Positions 29,342 through 43,184 of a stretch of DNA of 64,000 nt are shown piece by piece (position 1 is the stretch's first letter; every line of letters starts with the position of its first letter). The stretch lies in contig OZ024742.1 in assembly GCA_964016885.1 (NCBI GenBank), positions 229,028,001 to 229,092,000 on the forward strand, read 5' to 3'. A program made the translations under genes and the position numbers. This stretch comes from Eledone cirrhosa (taxonomy: Eukaryota). The notes under the pieces are model-generated. The model worked only from the letters and a program-made list of their open reading frames with translations, ran no database searches and had not been told where the DNA came from.

Positions 29342-30168
29342 GAAGTGACTAGTACATCTTGGCAATGGAACAAACACTTCGAATTGAAAACTGAATATGA
29401 ATGATGTTGAATTGATTCTATTCTCATGTGTAAATGACTTTTAGTGAAAGAAACTGTCAGCGTAACAGAGGAATAAAAGAAAATAACGGGTGTAAGTTTA
29501 TCTCCCTAGAATGCTGATTGCCTATTGATTAACGAAGATGTTCCCAGACAACTACCCGGTAACAGTCATACTTATTATAGTACAGATACAGTGATCGCTG
29601 ATGAACCTTCAGAGGCTGACAGATTTTCTACTGAATTTCTGAACTCGCTCAAAACTTCCGGGATGCCGCCTCAGAAACTCAATAATAATTCTTCTACGGA
29701 ATATTTCAATTCAGAACGGATTATGCATTGACATAAGATTAGCAAGAGTAGGGTTTCATCAACATTCCATCGATGCTTTTCATATCAATGGTCCTTTGAT
29801 GGGCAGGCGTGTTTTGATCTCAAGACTGCAATTAGACCCAAGTGATCCTAACATCCTATTTGTCTTTGGAAAGAGCCCAGTTTCCAGTAAGACTGTCCTT
29901 TGCTATAACAATCAACAAGAGCTAGGCTCATACATACAATAAAGTAGGTCGGTTTCTTCCTAAGCCAGTATATAGCCATGGACAATTGTTTATTGCTTTT
30001 TCAAGAGTACGCGGAGAGTCTGATGTAAAAATTAAAGTATTGAATGCTGATAAACAAGGGAGGCAATGTAATAAAACCGTGACAAAGAACATCGATATTA
30101 AGATAAATCTGAGCCCAGTTAAAGAGTTGCAAGTTGCAATGGTATTGAAACTAATCACGTACACATAA
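26763..30168 (+). pseudogene. Helitron RepHel (coiled coil, Zn finger, HUH Rep, Pif1 helicase), decayed and internally deleted
   Basis: IGYMNVLCNHCGA...CCNKG.V.LP; FQQYLVD; LPSSFTG.PR...Q.FQDAM..V.KYGKPD.F; HIIEFQRRWLLHCH (Rep motif 2, ~28652-28693); FG.KV.LLGG..RQ.L; EFLNSL..SGMPP; QFPVRLSFAITINKS; HGQLFIAFSRV. Confidence 0.9.
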
Positions 30169-31596
30169 ACATACTGTATATTCTCTATATAGTTTTGTGT
30201 AATTTAATTGTATATAATGTAAAGTAATAATGAAAAACTACTGCGTAATAAGGAATATGCAATTATATATTGATCTTGCAGCCTCAATAGAATACTAACG
30301 AATGACATGTGTCTTAAGTATTGTATAGATTGTTATTGTATATTTTTGCATCATTTATTGCCCTTGGAACAATAAGATTTATATGTAAATCATCGTTTCT
30401 TTCTTAAATAGTTCCTCTTAATTTTATTCTTTCCGTAGAATTTCCACAGGTCCTGTTAATAATTGTCTTAATAAAATTCATTCCTATTCACTTTCAGCCT
30501 CCGAAATCGGTCCCTAAACTAGAAATTATTTTAACTTGCGGTTGACACTGTGCCTCTGTGCTTCTAAATCTAACTGTATGCATAGAATGTACGTTTTGTG
30601 TCAAATGCGAGGGTCGGCTGAAACAATTGTAGGTGGACAAAGATACTCGCATGGTATGACCAAATTAGGTTTATTTTTCAACATAGACCGTGGAAAAAAA
30701 CAATCAACCCTTCGTAGAGAGCCTATGAAATTTGCAGCCGGCCCTCATACAATATGCACCTACAAATTTAAAACACTGTTAAAACATTGAAAATAGCCAT
30801 CATTACAAATATTTCTCAGTCTTACAGCACAGTCATGACATTTGTCTCTAGCCTTCTAAAATTTCCTAAAAATAAAATCTGTCTCAAACTTCAAAACGTT
30901 CATATCTCCCGGATTAAGGTAATATATAAAAATAAATATTCCGTGTGACATATTTTATATTCGTTCTTCCTGTCCTATTTTCTACATATAGAAGTTGCTA
31001 CCAGAGTAACAAGCAATTTAAAATTATTTATTGACTGGAAAATTCCTCGTATTTGGACGCGTTCTGAATATGTGCAGCTATACATATGTGCAACTATTAT
31101 CAACATATCGTGATACATACACACATACAAATACATACATACATAAACATGCATACTCACATACATACGTACTACATATATAAATGAATATATACATATA
31201 TAAGTATATATATGCATATATATATGCATATGTGTGTGTGTGTGTGTGTGCGTGTATGTGTATGCGCGTTTGTGTGTATGGGGTGGCGTATGCGTTTGTA
31301 TGCATCGACGTTAATGAAACTATTAATTCCACCAGTGTTAATAGTATTTCTAGTTTATAAGGCAAAAATGTCAAGTAGTTATGACGATATTTTTTTTTCG
31401 TTTTAAATGCATCAGTAAAATTAATTAAACGTCCGTTTATGAAGTCATGCATTACACATACACATATATGTGCCACCACACATACACACACACATATATA
31501 AACACACACACACACACACACACACCCACACCCACACCCACACACGTAAACATACACACATGCACACACACATATATATACACACACACGCACACG

Positions 31597-31678
<82 letters not shown>

Positions 31679-32009
31679 GCAGAGTTTTGATTGAATATTG
31701 CTGTAATGTCCTTTTTGATTAAACGTATTTTGTATTTTTTTCACGTATTGATGTTTTTTACCTACTTTTCTAAAACTTTTCATATTTGTGTTGTAACGTG
31801 ATGAATACGTATGTATGTATGTATGTATGTATGTATGTATGTATGTATGTATGTACATGTATGTATGTATGTATGTATGTATGTATGTATGTATGTATGT
31901 ATGTACATGTATGTATGTATGTATACATGTATGTATGTATGTATGTATGTATGTATGTATGTATGTATGTACATGTATGTATGTATGTATGTATGTATGT
32001 ATGTATGTT

Positions 32010-32620
32010 TATGTCAGGTCACCAGTTGGTGCTACTGGTAACATGTATTCCAGTACAACCTGTCCCATGGTCGGGTCGTTGGCGACTAAACTGGCAACCC
32101 CACCAAGGTTTCTTGGTGAGGAGGGTGACTTTGGACATCCTGCAGGACTAAAAACAAAACCTGTCAAAAGGCAAAGGAGCTCTTAAGAGTCAATGGCCAT
32201 CCAAAATCACCGGGAGAGATGACCCCTTAGCCTTTGTCAAGGCAGAATTCTAGGAGAAGGAAAACTCTGATATAACACCTGCAACCCTGATGGTATCCAA
32301 TGATGTTGACTTGTTCTTCTTTTTGGTAAATATCATCTTGGTTAAGAGAGTGGGACTGGCTTTGTGCAGTGCCTTTGCTCACTATAAAAGCTTCACGGCA
32401 CAGGCATTGCTTTATATCTGGAGATCTCTCTGCATTTGTCGTCACATGGTACCATGGGCCCAGCACTCTGTGTCAATAATTGTCACAAGTGTAGTGTTTG
32501 TACCAGAGCTTTCAAGTCGCTGGCTGGACTAAAAAGTCACACTCGTTCAGTGCATCAGTAGGGGTTCTCCTACATGGATATAAAGTAGTGGCCGTACTCG
32601 AAAACGAGTTGGCAGCCACC
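32010..32620 (+). mobile_element. internally deleted RTE-like element (5' UTR joined to Zn-finger C-terminus and 3' tail) in (ATGT)n
   Basis: 'taggagaaggaaaactctgatataacacctgc' also at 25658 and ~24305 (-). HKCSVCTRAFKSLAGLKSHTR finger. Tail 'ggccgtactcgaaaacgag..gcagccacc' resembles 16925-16964 (-) and 24110-24150 (-). Confidence 0.6.
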
Positions 32621-33768
32621 ATGTATGTATGTATGTATGTATGTATGTATGTATGTACATGTATGTATGTGTGTGTATTGACCAATCGGAGCTACAAAAT
32701 ATCGATTGAATTCCAACTTCAACATCAAGTCACTAATTTAGGGAGGAAAAATAATGAGTTTTCCTCTGGGTGTTTAGCCACATATTTGCTGCAGCCAATA
32801 ATTGACAGAGTTTTCAGCCAACCGTTCGTCTGTTCATGTAACCCTTTTTCTACACTGCGTATTTTGTTGCAAACACAGTACATATAGCTGTCTAAAACTG
32901 GATAAAAAACCACACATATTGCAGAGTGAGGGTGTAGACTGTTTGATCAAACGCAGTACATCACTGTTAGTTTAATTTCACAAAGTCAGTTGGATGAAAA
33001 TTAAAATCAGCTTCCTCTGCATTTGAACTTACATCGAAACAGACATAAGCCGTTTTTATGGTTTAGTCTGTGAAGGAAAAGCAGTATCCATAATGCTATT
33101 TTTGTTATTCTGGCTACCGTACCGGGTGGTAGGAACGGAGAAATTTGTCCTCAAACCTGAAACCCGAGCCGAATGCTTTCAATAAAGTAACCTCAACTAA
33201 AGGCACCCAAGGATCCTTTCATCAGGTGACAGATTAAATCAATAACTCCAAAACTGAAAATGCAATGACTGACACAAATAGTGTATTTGTGATCTAAACA
33301 GTCCCACCAGTCCACTATCTTTCTTTGGTATTTTATTTTATCAAATTTCAAGACGGGAGGGAACTTGAACTCGGAGTGCAGAAAGTCAGTTGAAGTTTTG
33401 TGTCGTCCAACTCTCTAGCAATGTCATTAATTCACCATCTTGTGTTGGTACATCATTTTATTGAAACCGAAAGGACGAGAGGTAAAATAAATAGGCTGTT
33501 CTATGCAGTCATAGTGCTGTTTTGTACAGTTTGTTTAAGGAATGTCTTGCTAATGAGGTTTGATGTGGTACAGGACGTTAAGAGTTAATCTACATCTTTC
33601 AATTACTGCTGAATCAATAAAAAATCAATATACATTAGAGAATATTAACTGCAACATTGCTTTACTGAGCTGCTCCAACTATAGATTACACTAAAATTAA
33701 AATCGTTTATTATTATCTGAGACATATCTCTATCGAACTGCTCTAAATATAGTTTACAGTGTAATTTA

Positions 33769-34087
33769 CAGGGGTGTGTAACATATTCCATTGGCGGGTT
33801 ACTTTTGCACATTAGAACAACTATTAGGACCATTAATATTTATTAAGCACTATTCCAAAGATTCACCACAACTTCTTTCCCTAATATGGAACTGGGAAAT
33901 TATAATACACACAACTCTAGTAGTGAAACACTTTAGTATAGATCAACTAACAGAACATTGTATTATGGTTACCCAAAAAATTCTAGATAAGCCTACAAGG
34001 TAAAAATTAAAAACGGTCATCGCGGACCACTCTGATTGGTCTGGCGGACCGGATTGTGGCCCGCAGGCCCACTGTTACACGCCCCTG
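33769..34087. mobile_element. MITE, hAT-like TIRs
   Basis: caggggtgtgtaaca / tgttacacgcccctg, with subterminal 'ggcccgcaggcc'. Confidence 0.65.
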
Positions 34088-34385
34088 ATTGACACTAAAA
34101 TCAAAGCCATTTATTATTATTATTAACCTGAGATATAATCTACTAAACGTAGTTTTATTATGTAGTGAGCAGCAGGAAGAAAGTATCAACAGAGCGTCAG
34201 GCAGCATGCTTTGCCGCATATAATTACGGCCCTTTATGTTTCATTTTTACGGAGTCAATAAAATAAAGTACCAGTAACGCACTGGTGTTGATTTAATTGA
34301 CATTCCCATTTCCTTCAAATTTCTGCCCTTGTGCCAAAAGTTGAATCCGTTATTTAGCAAGAAGTAAGAAATTCATTTTACTTAT

Positions 34386-34445
34386 CACTAAAGCTGATAA
34401 TAAACCCAGAGCATATATGGTCTGGGTTTATTATCAGCTTTGGTG
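34386..34445. repeat. near-perfect hairpin
   Basis: aaagctgataataaacccaga-gcatatatgg-tctgggtttattatcagcttt. Confidence 0.8.
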
Positions 34446-35734
34446 GGCTATATTTCCTAATATGGCTTAGCATGAAAACAGATCTCACTGAATTTCAGAG
34501 AAAGGATATGTCAGAATGTCCGAAATTTCCCCGATTTACAACAGAACAGTGTCTCTTGTTATACTTCAGTTTTATGGCTGTCTCCACTCTCTCCGCTGGG
34601 ACTATGACACCGTTCCCCCACATTATCCTGACACATCCCACTTGGTATAGCGATAATATAGGTAGCTGATATGTATGCTTACACAGATATTTTACACTCT
34701 TTAATTCTAGATATAAAACATTTATCAATAACAAGAATAATGATTTATTTTACAAAACCTCCTTACAGAATACAATTAGTTCGAAGACTAACAATGTCCA
34801 ATAGGGCTAAAATCATGCTGAATATAAACAACTTAAAAGCTGGGAACTTCTGTATTGTGAATGAAAACCGTTGTTTAATCGATATACAAATGTTTCTTGA
34901 TACTAGCGATGCTCGTAATGTTTCTCTTTGAAGTATTTTCTAGTCAAATATGACAATTAGTTTTATGTCATTAAAATTGTTTTGTTTCTTTTTTTTTATT
35001 TGTCATTTTTATTTCATTTTTACTTTTACTTTTTCAATTTCTGTTTTAATTTCTTCCGTGTGTGTTTTATTTTATTCAATTAAACAGAAATACTGTAGTC
35101 TCTCTCTGTTTTTCACTCTCTCACAATCCCTCTCATCCCACATCTCTCTCTATATATGAATCTCACTCTCCTATCTCTCTAACTCTGTATCCCTATATAT
35201 ATATATATATATTTCTCCCTCATTATCTCTTCAACTCTAATTATTTCTCTCTATCTCTCACTCTTTCTACCTTCCTCTCCCTATCTCTCTCTTCCTAACA
35301 TGGTCTCCATTTCTTCCCTCCGTCTCTCACTTTTATCCTGATTTTCTCTCTCTACCTCCCGCTTCCTATCTCTCTTCCCCGTCTTCATCCACCACATTTT
35401 AAATTTTGGTGATTACTAATTAATGAATATCTCAATGAATTCGTTTCACTTCCATATGGAATGATTAAGAAGAAAACCTAATTAGAGAGAAAGTCACTTA
35501 AAAGACAAAAAGACAAGAAAAACAAAGAAAATAACATAAAAGTTATATTCTTATTTAATATTAAAACTTTATTTTTAATTTATTGATAGAGAAATAAAAT
35601 AAAATATTAAAGTAGCTTTGTTATATTTTGAACTTGAATTTTGTTGACACGGGAAATGTACTTGAAAGACAAGAGAACATTCGTATTGTGTACTTAGAAG
35701 CAATAGCCTTGAACCTTCATTCTATTGTATGCCA

Positions 35735-36120
35735 TTCTGAGTTCAAATCCCGCCGAGGTTAACTTTGCCTTTCATCCTTACGGGGTCGATAAAATAAAGT
35801 ACCAGCAATACACTGGGCAATTGCTGGCCTTGTGCCAAAAGTAGAAACAATTATATTATCACGAAGGTGCGTGGCGTAGTGGTAAGCGTTGTGTCCTTTA
35901 GCTAGGCAATATATTCCACGTTGCTCCAGTTCATTCAGCTGGAAATGATTAGTTGCACTTGTAATTCAAATAACCAGCCTCGTAACATCCCATATCACAC
36001 TGAGTCTCCCTGAGAACTACGTTAACGGCGCTTGTGTCTGTGGAAGGCTCAGCCCCTTGCACGTTAATTTCACGAATGAGTGAAACACTCGTCGTCGGAT
36101 ACGACAGAGGTCCAACAATA
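35735..36120 (+). mobile_element. SINE 3' half (35735-35851) followed by a second-family SINE (35863-36120)
   Basis: Nin-like core, then 'gaaggtgcgtggcgtagtggta...gttgtgtcctt...cacgttgctccagttcattcagctg'. Confidence 0.7.
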
Positions 36121-36685
36121 TTTTACTATGGAAAAGGAACTAGACGTCAGAGGAGACTAAGGAAACTGTTTCCATTGGTAATTTCATTGCTGATAATATC
36201 TGCCGGTCTTAACCTCTGATAAAAACAGGCGAAATTTAACTCAGAGCCAGAGCAGATACTGCAAATCCACCCATTCTAGCTTTTACAGATTCTGCTAATC
36301 CCCTAAGTCTAGGTCTGGTGTTTTATCTGTCGACTCTGAATCGACGAGAGGCAAAGTTGACTTCAGCGGAATTTGAATTCAGAGCGCAGAGAACCAGAAC
36401 AAATATTGTGGCATTTGATCCGACACTTAACTACTCTGCCAATTCGTCGCCTATCATCAAGGACCAACATGCATAGGGTTACGTTTAAGTGTCGAAGTAG
36501 TGGGTCGTCAAGTATGAAGTTAGTAGACATTTCTTTTTCTTAAAATGTCTACAAATTTCATACTTGACGACCCAATACATGAGAAATGGGATTGTTTCTG
36601 AAATACAAGTTTTATTTTAAATAAATATGGTAACTAAGGACAACATGTAGTTGACTGTGGCCTCAATCAATATTTATATTCGAAT

Positions 36686-37715
36686 GACTAGAAATATTTC
36701 AGTATACTAGTGCCGGACTAGAAATATTTCAGTATACTAATGCCAGGCTAGAAATCTTTCAGTATACTAGTGCCGTACTAAAAACTTCCAGTATACTAGT
36801 GCTGGACTAGAAATATTTCAGTATAATAATGCCAGGCTAGAAATCTTTCAGTATAATAATGCCAGGCTAGAAATCTTTCAGTACAATAATGCTAGGCTAG
36901 AAATCTTTCAGTATAATAATGCCAGACTAGAAATCTTTCAGTATAATAATGCCAGGCTAGAAATCTTCCAGTATAATAATGCCAGACTAGAAATCTTTCA
37001 GTATAATAATGCCAGGCTAGAAATCTTTCAGTATACTAATGCCAGGCTAGAAATCTTTCAGTATACTATTTCAGTATATTAATGCCAGGCTAAAAATCTT
37101 TCAGTATACTATTTCAGTATACTAATGACAGGCTAGAAATCTTTCAGTATACTAATGCCAGGCTAGAAATCTTTCAGTATACTATCTCAGTATACTAATG
37201 CCAGGCTAGAAATCTTTCAGTATACTAATGCCAGACAAGAAATCTTTCAGTATACTAATGCCGGCTAGAAATCTTTCAGTATACTAATGCCAGGCTAGAA
37301 ATCTTTCAGTATACTAATGCCAGACAAGAAATCTTTCAGTATACTAATGCCAGGCTAGAAATCTTTCAGTATAATAATGCCAGGCTAGAAATCTTTCAGT
37401 ATACTAATGCCAGGCTAGAAATCTTTCAGTATACTATTTCAGTATACTAATGCCAGGCTAGAAATCTTTCATTATAATAATGCCAGGCTAGAAATCTTTC
37501 AGTATACTAATCCCAGGCTAGAAATCTTTCAGTATACTTGTGCCGTACTAAAAACTTCCAGTATACTAGTGCTGGGCTAGAAACTTTCAGATTACTTGTG
37601 CTGGACTAGAAATCTTTCAGTAAACTAGTGTCAGATTAAAAGTATTTCAGTATACTTGTGCCAGACTAGAAATATTTCAGTATATTAGCGCCGGATTAGA
37701 AACATTTCAGTATGT
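36686..37715. repeat. 30-bp minisatellite (~33 units)
   Basis: Unit 'ctagaaatctttcagtatactaatgccagg'; edge units more diverged; occasional 12-nt 'tttcagtatacta' duplications. Confidence 0.95.
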
Positions 37716-37879
37716 TATTCTTGTATCTTTAGAAAGTCCAAATTTCTTGAAAGTAGCGTTTGTTTTTCATTCCTACAATATTGAAAAACCAATTACGACC
37801 TAAATCGATTTGATCGATCAAATGTTATTCCTCTACAAATCATTTGCCGATGTTTATTTCAGTGGACTAAAGTAGTCAC

Positions 37880-37899
37880 TCTAGTAGTAGTAGTAGTAA

Positions 37900-37942
<43 letters not shown>

Positions 37943-38035
37943 ACTGGTGGTAGTTGTTGTAGTAGTAGTGCTGGTGGTAGTAGTAGTAGTAGTATTAGTA
38001 GTAGTAGTAGTAGTAGTAGTAGTAGCAGTAGCAGT

Positions 38036-38067
<32 letters not shown>

Positions 38068-38138
38068 TAGCAGTAGCAACAGTAGCAGCTGCAGTAGTAG
38101 CAGCAGTAGTAGTAGTAGTAGTAGTAGTAGTCGTAGTA
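37880..38138. repeat. (TAG)n/(CAG)n microsatellite
   Basis: Direct observation. Confidence 0.95.
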
Positions 38139-38355
38139 ATTTCTATTTTAGGTTCACGGGGAGGATATTTCGATTAAATCGACCTCAACAGTTAACTGGC
38201 AATATATTTTTACGAATCCCGGAAAGATGAAAGGCAAAATTGACCTCAACATGATATGAACTAAGAATGTAAAGAATTGGAATAAATTCAGCAAACTATT
38301 TTTATATAGAAAAAAGTGTGTGTATGGATGAAGAAGACAAATTATATAAACATAT

Positions 38356-38541
38356 AATTGTTTCTACTATTGGCACAAGGCCAGAAATTATCCAGTGTAT
38401 TACTTGTACTTTATTTTATCGACCCCGTAAGGATGAAAGCAAAGTTAACCTCGGCGGGATTTGAACTCAGAATGGCAAGGGCCGTGACTCTATGCGTCAA
38501 AGCATGGCATCCGACCCTCTATCAATTCTGCCAATCCACCG
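38356..38541 (-). mobile_element. tRNA-derived SINE, full length
   Basis: Matches family consensus. Confidence 0.85.
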
Positions 38542-38869
38542 CATATAATGAAGAGAGAAATGGGGACGTTACACAAAGAAGATATTTTAAAAGTTTCTGT
38601 TTAAATGTTTCCTCGTTCTTCCACGCTCTCTGTTTTCTTGTGTTCGTCTCGTAATTTCTCATAAAGTATACTCACAGATGAATGCCAGCAAAATAGACAA
38701 CACTAAGACCGGGATAAAGGAAAACAATGCATACTAGATTCAAAGAAACTGGCAGGATGGAGATTTGAAGAATAAGCTACGAGCATAGCATTTGGGTGAG
38801 GGGATACCCTCGAACAACCTGAAGAGAATATGGTTTGCTCAGAACCATGGCACAAATAGAATGTAAAAA

Positions 38870-41000
38870 GTATTTATTTATTAGCACCTATACGTTCATG
38901 AAGCCGCACAAGAGGATACTGAGTAGTATCCTCAAGGATGAGGAAACGAAAGAAAAGAATACCAGTAACAAAGGACTCATACGTTCCACAGAATCACAGA
39001 AGAGTCAGATTGTTCCGGCGAGCGAAGACGCTGGCAAGGCAGACAATGTCACCACCACAAGCAATCATGTCATCATCGCAGCCAAACCAAGTGAAACAAG
39101 AAACTACACTAAGCAGATGATGGCCAGAGCTCAGAAGTAAGAACAAAGAAAACAGAACTATGAGAAACTGAGACCCTGTGAACAAGACAGCCCAAGTAAT
39201 TTCCAAACTCTTCAACGTGAACAAAACCTACTCGCATGGGAAAACAGGGATAGGCTGCCGATTCGCTAATCCTGGACCCCGAGCAAGTTGTGCCCAATTG
39301 GTTCATCCGAAACAATCCGATCGAAGCCAACAAGGGCAAACGATCAAAAAACAATATTGCACGAACTTCTACGAGAAGTTAGTATGTAGATGAAATACAG
39401 ACTACAGCAGCCGAGCAACAATCTTTTGTACACACGACACAAAAGATTGTAAAATAGTGGACTTGGCTGTGTCAGCTAGAGAACCATAATCTACACACCA
39501 GCGCTCAGGACCACCACAAGCAAAAGATTCAGGGTGGCAATCACTGACAACGTCCCATGTGTGACACCAGTGTTACTGCTAAATGTCAGCGGCCTGGTAA
39601 AATTTAGCAACAGGAGTAAAAGCCCTGAACCGAGAGAAGTAGTCCCCTGTAATCAAGTAATATTTATGAAACTTACTGAAACACATTTAACAGCTCACAT
39701 AACAGCTGCAGAAATACACATATGAAAGTATGTTGCATTTCGTATTGATAGGAGAAAACGGACTCATAAAGGAATTAAAATGTACATCCATGAAGATGAC
39801 ACACCTCCTAGTATTGCTGTTCCACTCTATTAGTTTTATGTACCTCATATTAGCCAACAAACACTCTAAATCATAAAAAAGATAGAAGAAATGCTATCCA
39901 AACTACATCAAAGTCTAAACATATTTCTTCCGGGACACCTCAATCTCCCCAATGTCAAATGAACCGAAGGCCGCTTTCTCAAAGGAATTACATTGCATGA
40001 TCAAAAAGAGATAGAATCCCTGTTTTACATTAAATATAGGTTATTCATCGAGTAATTAGCAGTACACCCGGCAAAGGGGTTAGAGTACCCTGGATTTGCT
40101 GTTTGTAGTGGTTCTCTAGGACACATCCTCCGTAGTACAGGAACACATATTTGCGCGTTATGTTGAAGGCACGAGAGTAGCGCAGGCACTCAAGAATCTT
40201 ACAACAAGATTTACATATCATACACAAATGGATGGAGCACAACAAATATGCTGTTAAATTCCGGGGAATTTCTAGCCTTTCTGATCTCAACTCACTAACA
40301 AAATTAAACTACAGTAAAATCCGGGTCAGGAGGGATTGCCTGAGTAAAAAAAAAGTGTCATCTGGTAAGTGATATGAAACACAATGCGTGGTTTCATATT
40401 CATATCACTAAGATGACGGTAATATGCAGTCGACTGGCTTGATGGATTCCGATGTCATTCAGGATAAGAGACCGAGAAAACGTGCTGGTCTTCAGGAGGA
40501 CATCTTTCCTCCGACGCCAGGCCTATTGCTCGCAGACAGAATTATACAAGTGTGTTAAATTAACGGCGGGAGAAAACACTCCAACGAAGTTATGCCAAGA
40601 AGTCAGTGAAAGAAATGAGCTACCGAGAGAGGCTGAAATAATTAAAACTCTACACCATAGGGCAAAGACAGGAACGATACATATGGAAGAACATGGAAGG
40701 GTTAGCACGAAACTTTAAGATTGAGAGCAGAACTAGTATATTGCCAAAGGTCGCAACTTCACATTAGAGTAAAGGGCGAACATTGAAATAGTTTATGGTT
40801 CAAGGGCTTCCAGCTCTTTAAAATGCTGCTAAAAATACCCGAGAGATCAAAATGGGACGTACAAATGTTCAGGAAACACTTCGTTTTTCTGTTATCTAAG
40901 ACCGCAAATGAGTCAGTACTCCCTCATGCGTCAAAAGCGAATCCAGGAAGAAGATTTGCAGAAAATGCAGCAATAATGGCTCTACCACAACATGGCCTTA
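38870..41000 (+). pseudogene. decayed CR1/L2-like LINE: Cys/His-rich ORF1 remnant, APE endonuclease remnant and ORF2 C-terminus
   Basis: LLLNVSGL...LTETHL...FRIDR...KG..MYI and IFLPGHLNLPNVK (GDxN motif) at 39570-39960. SYRERLK*LKLY...R.ERY at ~40617-40680. RT core not recognisable. Confidence 0.7.
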
Positions 41001-41275
41001 TACTACAGGCAGCTACAGACAAAAGTTAAAAGTTAAAAGAGAAGATATGAATATATGTATATGATTGTTTGAGGCAGTCACAAAGCACTCAATAATACGA
41101 AAATGTAATACATTTTCATCCAGAGTGAATTCAAAGTTAAGAAAGTGTGACACCAAGAAACGCGACGAAATACATATGGCCATACGTATATCACAACCAC
41201 GATAAATATACATGAATGTATCTATCTATCTATCTATCTATATATCTATCTATATATCTATCTATCTATATATGC

Positions 41276-41306
<31 letters not shown>

Positions 41307-41398
41307 CCCTCTCTCCCTATATATATATATATATAACTTTGAAAACTTTGATAGTATTGGCTCAGGCCATGTCTAACTTAATAGCACACATACACCAC

Positions 41399-41436
<38 letters not shown>

Positions 41437-41602
41437 ACACACACACAGACACACATACGCACACACACACGCGCACACACGCACACACACACACGCGCGC
41501 ACCCCCCACCCCCCACACATATATATATATAAATAAAATTATGCTTTCCGACTTACCATTCGATAAAAATGCTTCCAACACTCTTTCTGAGACATTGACA
41601 AA

Positions 41603-41798
41603 TAATTGTTTCTACTTTTGGCACAAGACCAGCAATTACCCAGTGCATTACTGGTACTGGTACTTTATTTTATCGACCTCGTAAGGATGAAAGGCAAAGT
41701 TAACCTCGGCGGGGTTTGAACTCAGAATGGCAAGGGCCGTAAATCTATACGTCAAAGCATGACATCCAACCATCTACCGATACTGCCAATCCACCGCC
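41603..41798 (-). mobile_element. tRNA-derived SINE, full length, probable TSD 'ttgacaaataat'
   Basis: Family consensus; 'ttgacaaataat' at 41595 and 41801. Confidence 0.85.
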
Positions 41799-42324
41799 AA
41801 TTGACAAATAATAGTGCTTATTATATGTAGCGCCCATAATTCCTCATAATCCCTTGCTTTAAATCATTTAACATCTTATTGGCTCTGTGTTAAAGGGCCG
41901 TATGTTTTATTACATTATATCATATTCTTTTTTATTTATACTACTTCGTATATATATATACAATATCTCGGCTTCCTTTGAACAGATAACAAAATATCGT
42001 AACTCTTGATATAAATAAGTTTACTCTTCTGATTTCTACCAATGAGAAATAAATCAAAATTTACTGTCTTATGGCAATAAGATATCAACTCCGGTTTTTG
42101 TAATATTTACTTGAGAGAAAGCTTCTAGATTTAGTTTCTCAGATAGGCTGATAGACACACAGATATAGAGGTAAAAAGAAAGATGAAGAGAGAAAGAAAT
42201 AGTGAGAGAGTAACATAAAGACAGATACAGAAAAGTAAAGAGAGATATAAGAGATATAAAAGGAGATAGATAGATAGATAGAGATAGATAGAGAGAGAGA
42301 GAGAGAGAGGGGGGGGGGGGGGAG

Positions 42325-42393
<69 letters not shown>

Positions 42394-43184
42394 GTGAGTG
42401 AGAGAGAGAGAGAAAAGAAAGGCTGGTAGAGATAGAGATAGACATGGTAAGGATAGAGTGATAGGGAGAGAGATAAACATAGATTGAGAGAAAGCTTCCA
42501 AGTTTGAGAGATAGAGAGGGAGAAGGGAGATGGAGAAAGAGGGAGAGAGAAGAAGGAAAGAGAGATTGAGGGAGAGGGAGAGAGAGAGGAGGAGAGAAAA
42601 GAGAGAGAGATTGAGAGAGAGGGAGAGGGAGTGGGGGAGAGAAAAGAGAGAGGTGGTGTGAAGCTTTCAGAAATTTTCCTATTTTCTTGTCAGTTATCAA
42701 TCAATTAAGCACGATTGTTTTCCCCTGAAAGAATGTCAAAAGATAGCGACATCTAAAGTGTCCTTACATTAAGTATAAGAAAGTCTTTTTAGAAAGATGA
42801 GTCGTAAATCAACGTACAACTGAAAGAATGATTCTCAGCACAACAATTCTCTTTCCTGTATACATAATTATTTTCAGAATCAATTTGAAGCTTTCGTTCA
42901 AATCCATTGAATAATAGATTTATGAAGAAATAGTGCTGAAAACTTGATAAGTTGAAGGAAAAGTTGATGGTGAAATAAAAACAAACAACAATGCAATGAA
43001 ACCTACCATGGACTTGTTTCTGGTAAAAGATTTTTTACTCGGTTTTACGTTGGCACAAGTTGAACGAAGCATAAACTTGTTCTGGTCAAACGAATGAGAA
43101 TAAACAAAGCAGTTAATTTAGGAAGAATTGGGAAAAATTTAAATTTTGGACGTGTGCCTATCAACGAAAGTGACGATAATAATA

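Noticed and set aside
34499-34644. Candidate exon in a unique, GC-richer patch
   Set aside because: Several frames are open and splice-like sites occur on both strands, with no recognisable homology. It needs RNA-seq or BLASTX to call.
36686-37715. Possible CRISPR array (30-bp repeats)
   Set aside because: Repeats are contiguous with no unique spacers, there are no cas genes, and the context is eukaryotic.
37876-38177. Poly-L/poly-V ORFs
   Set aside because: (TAG)n microsatellite.
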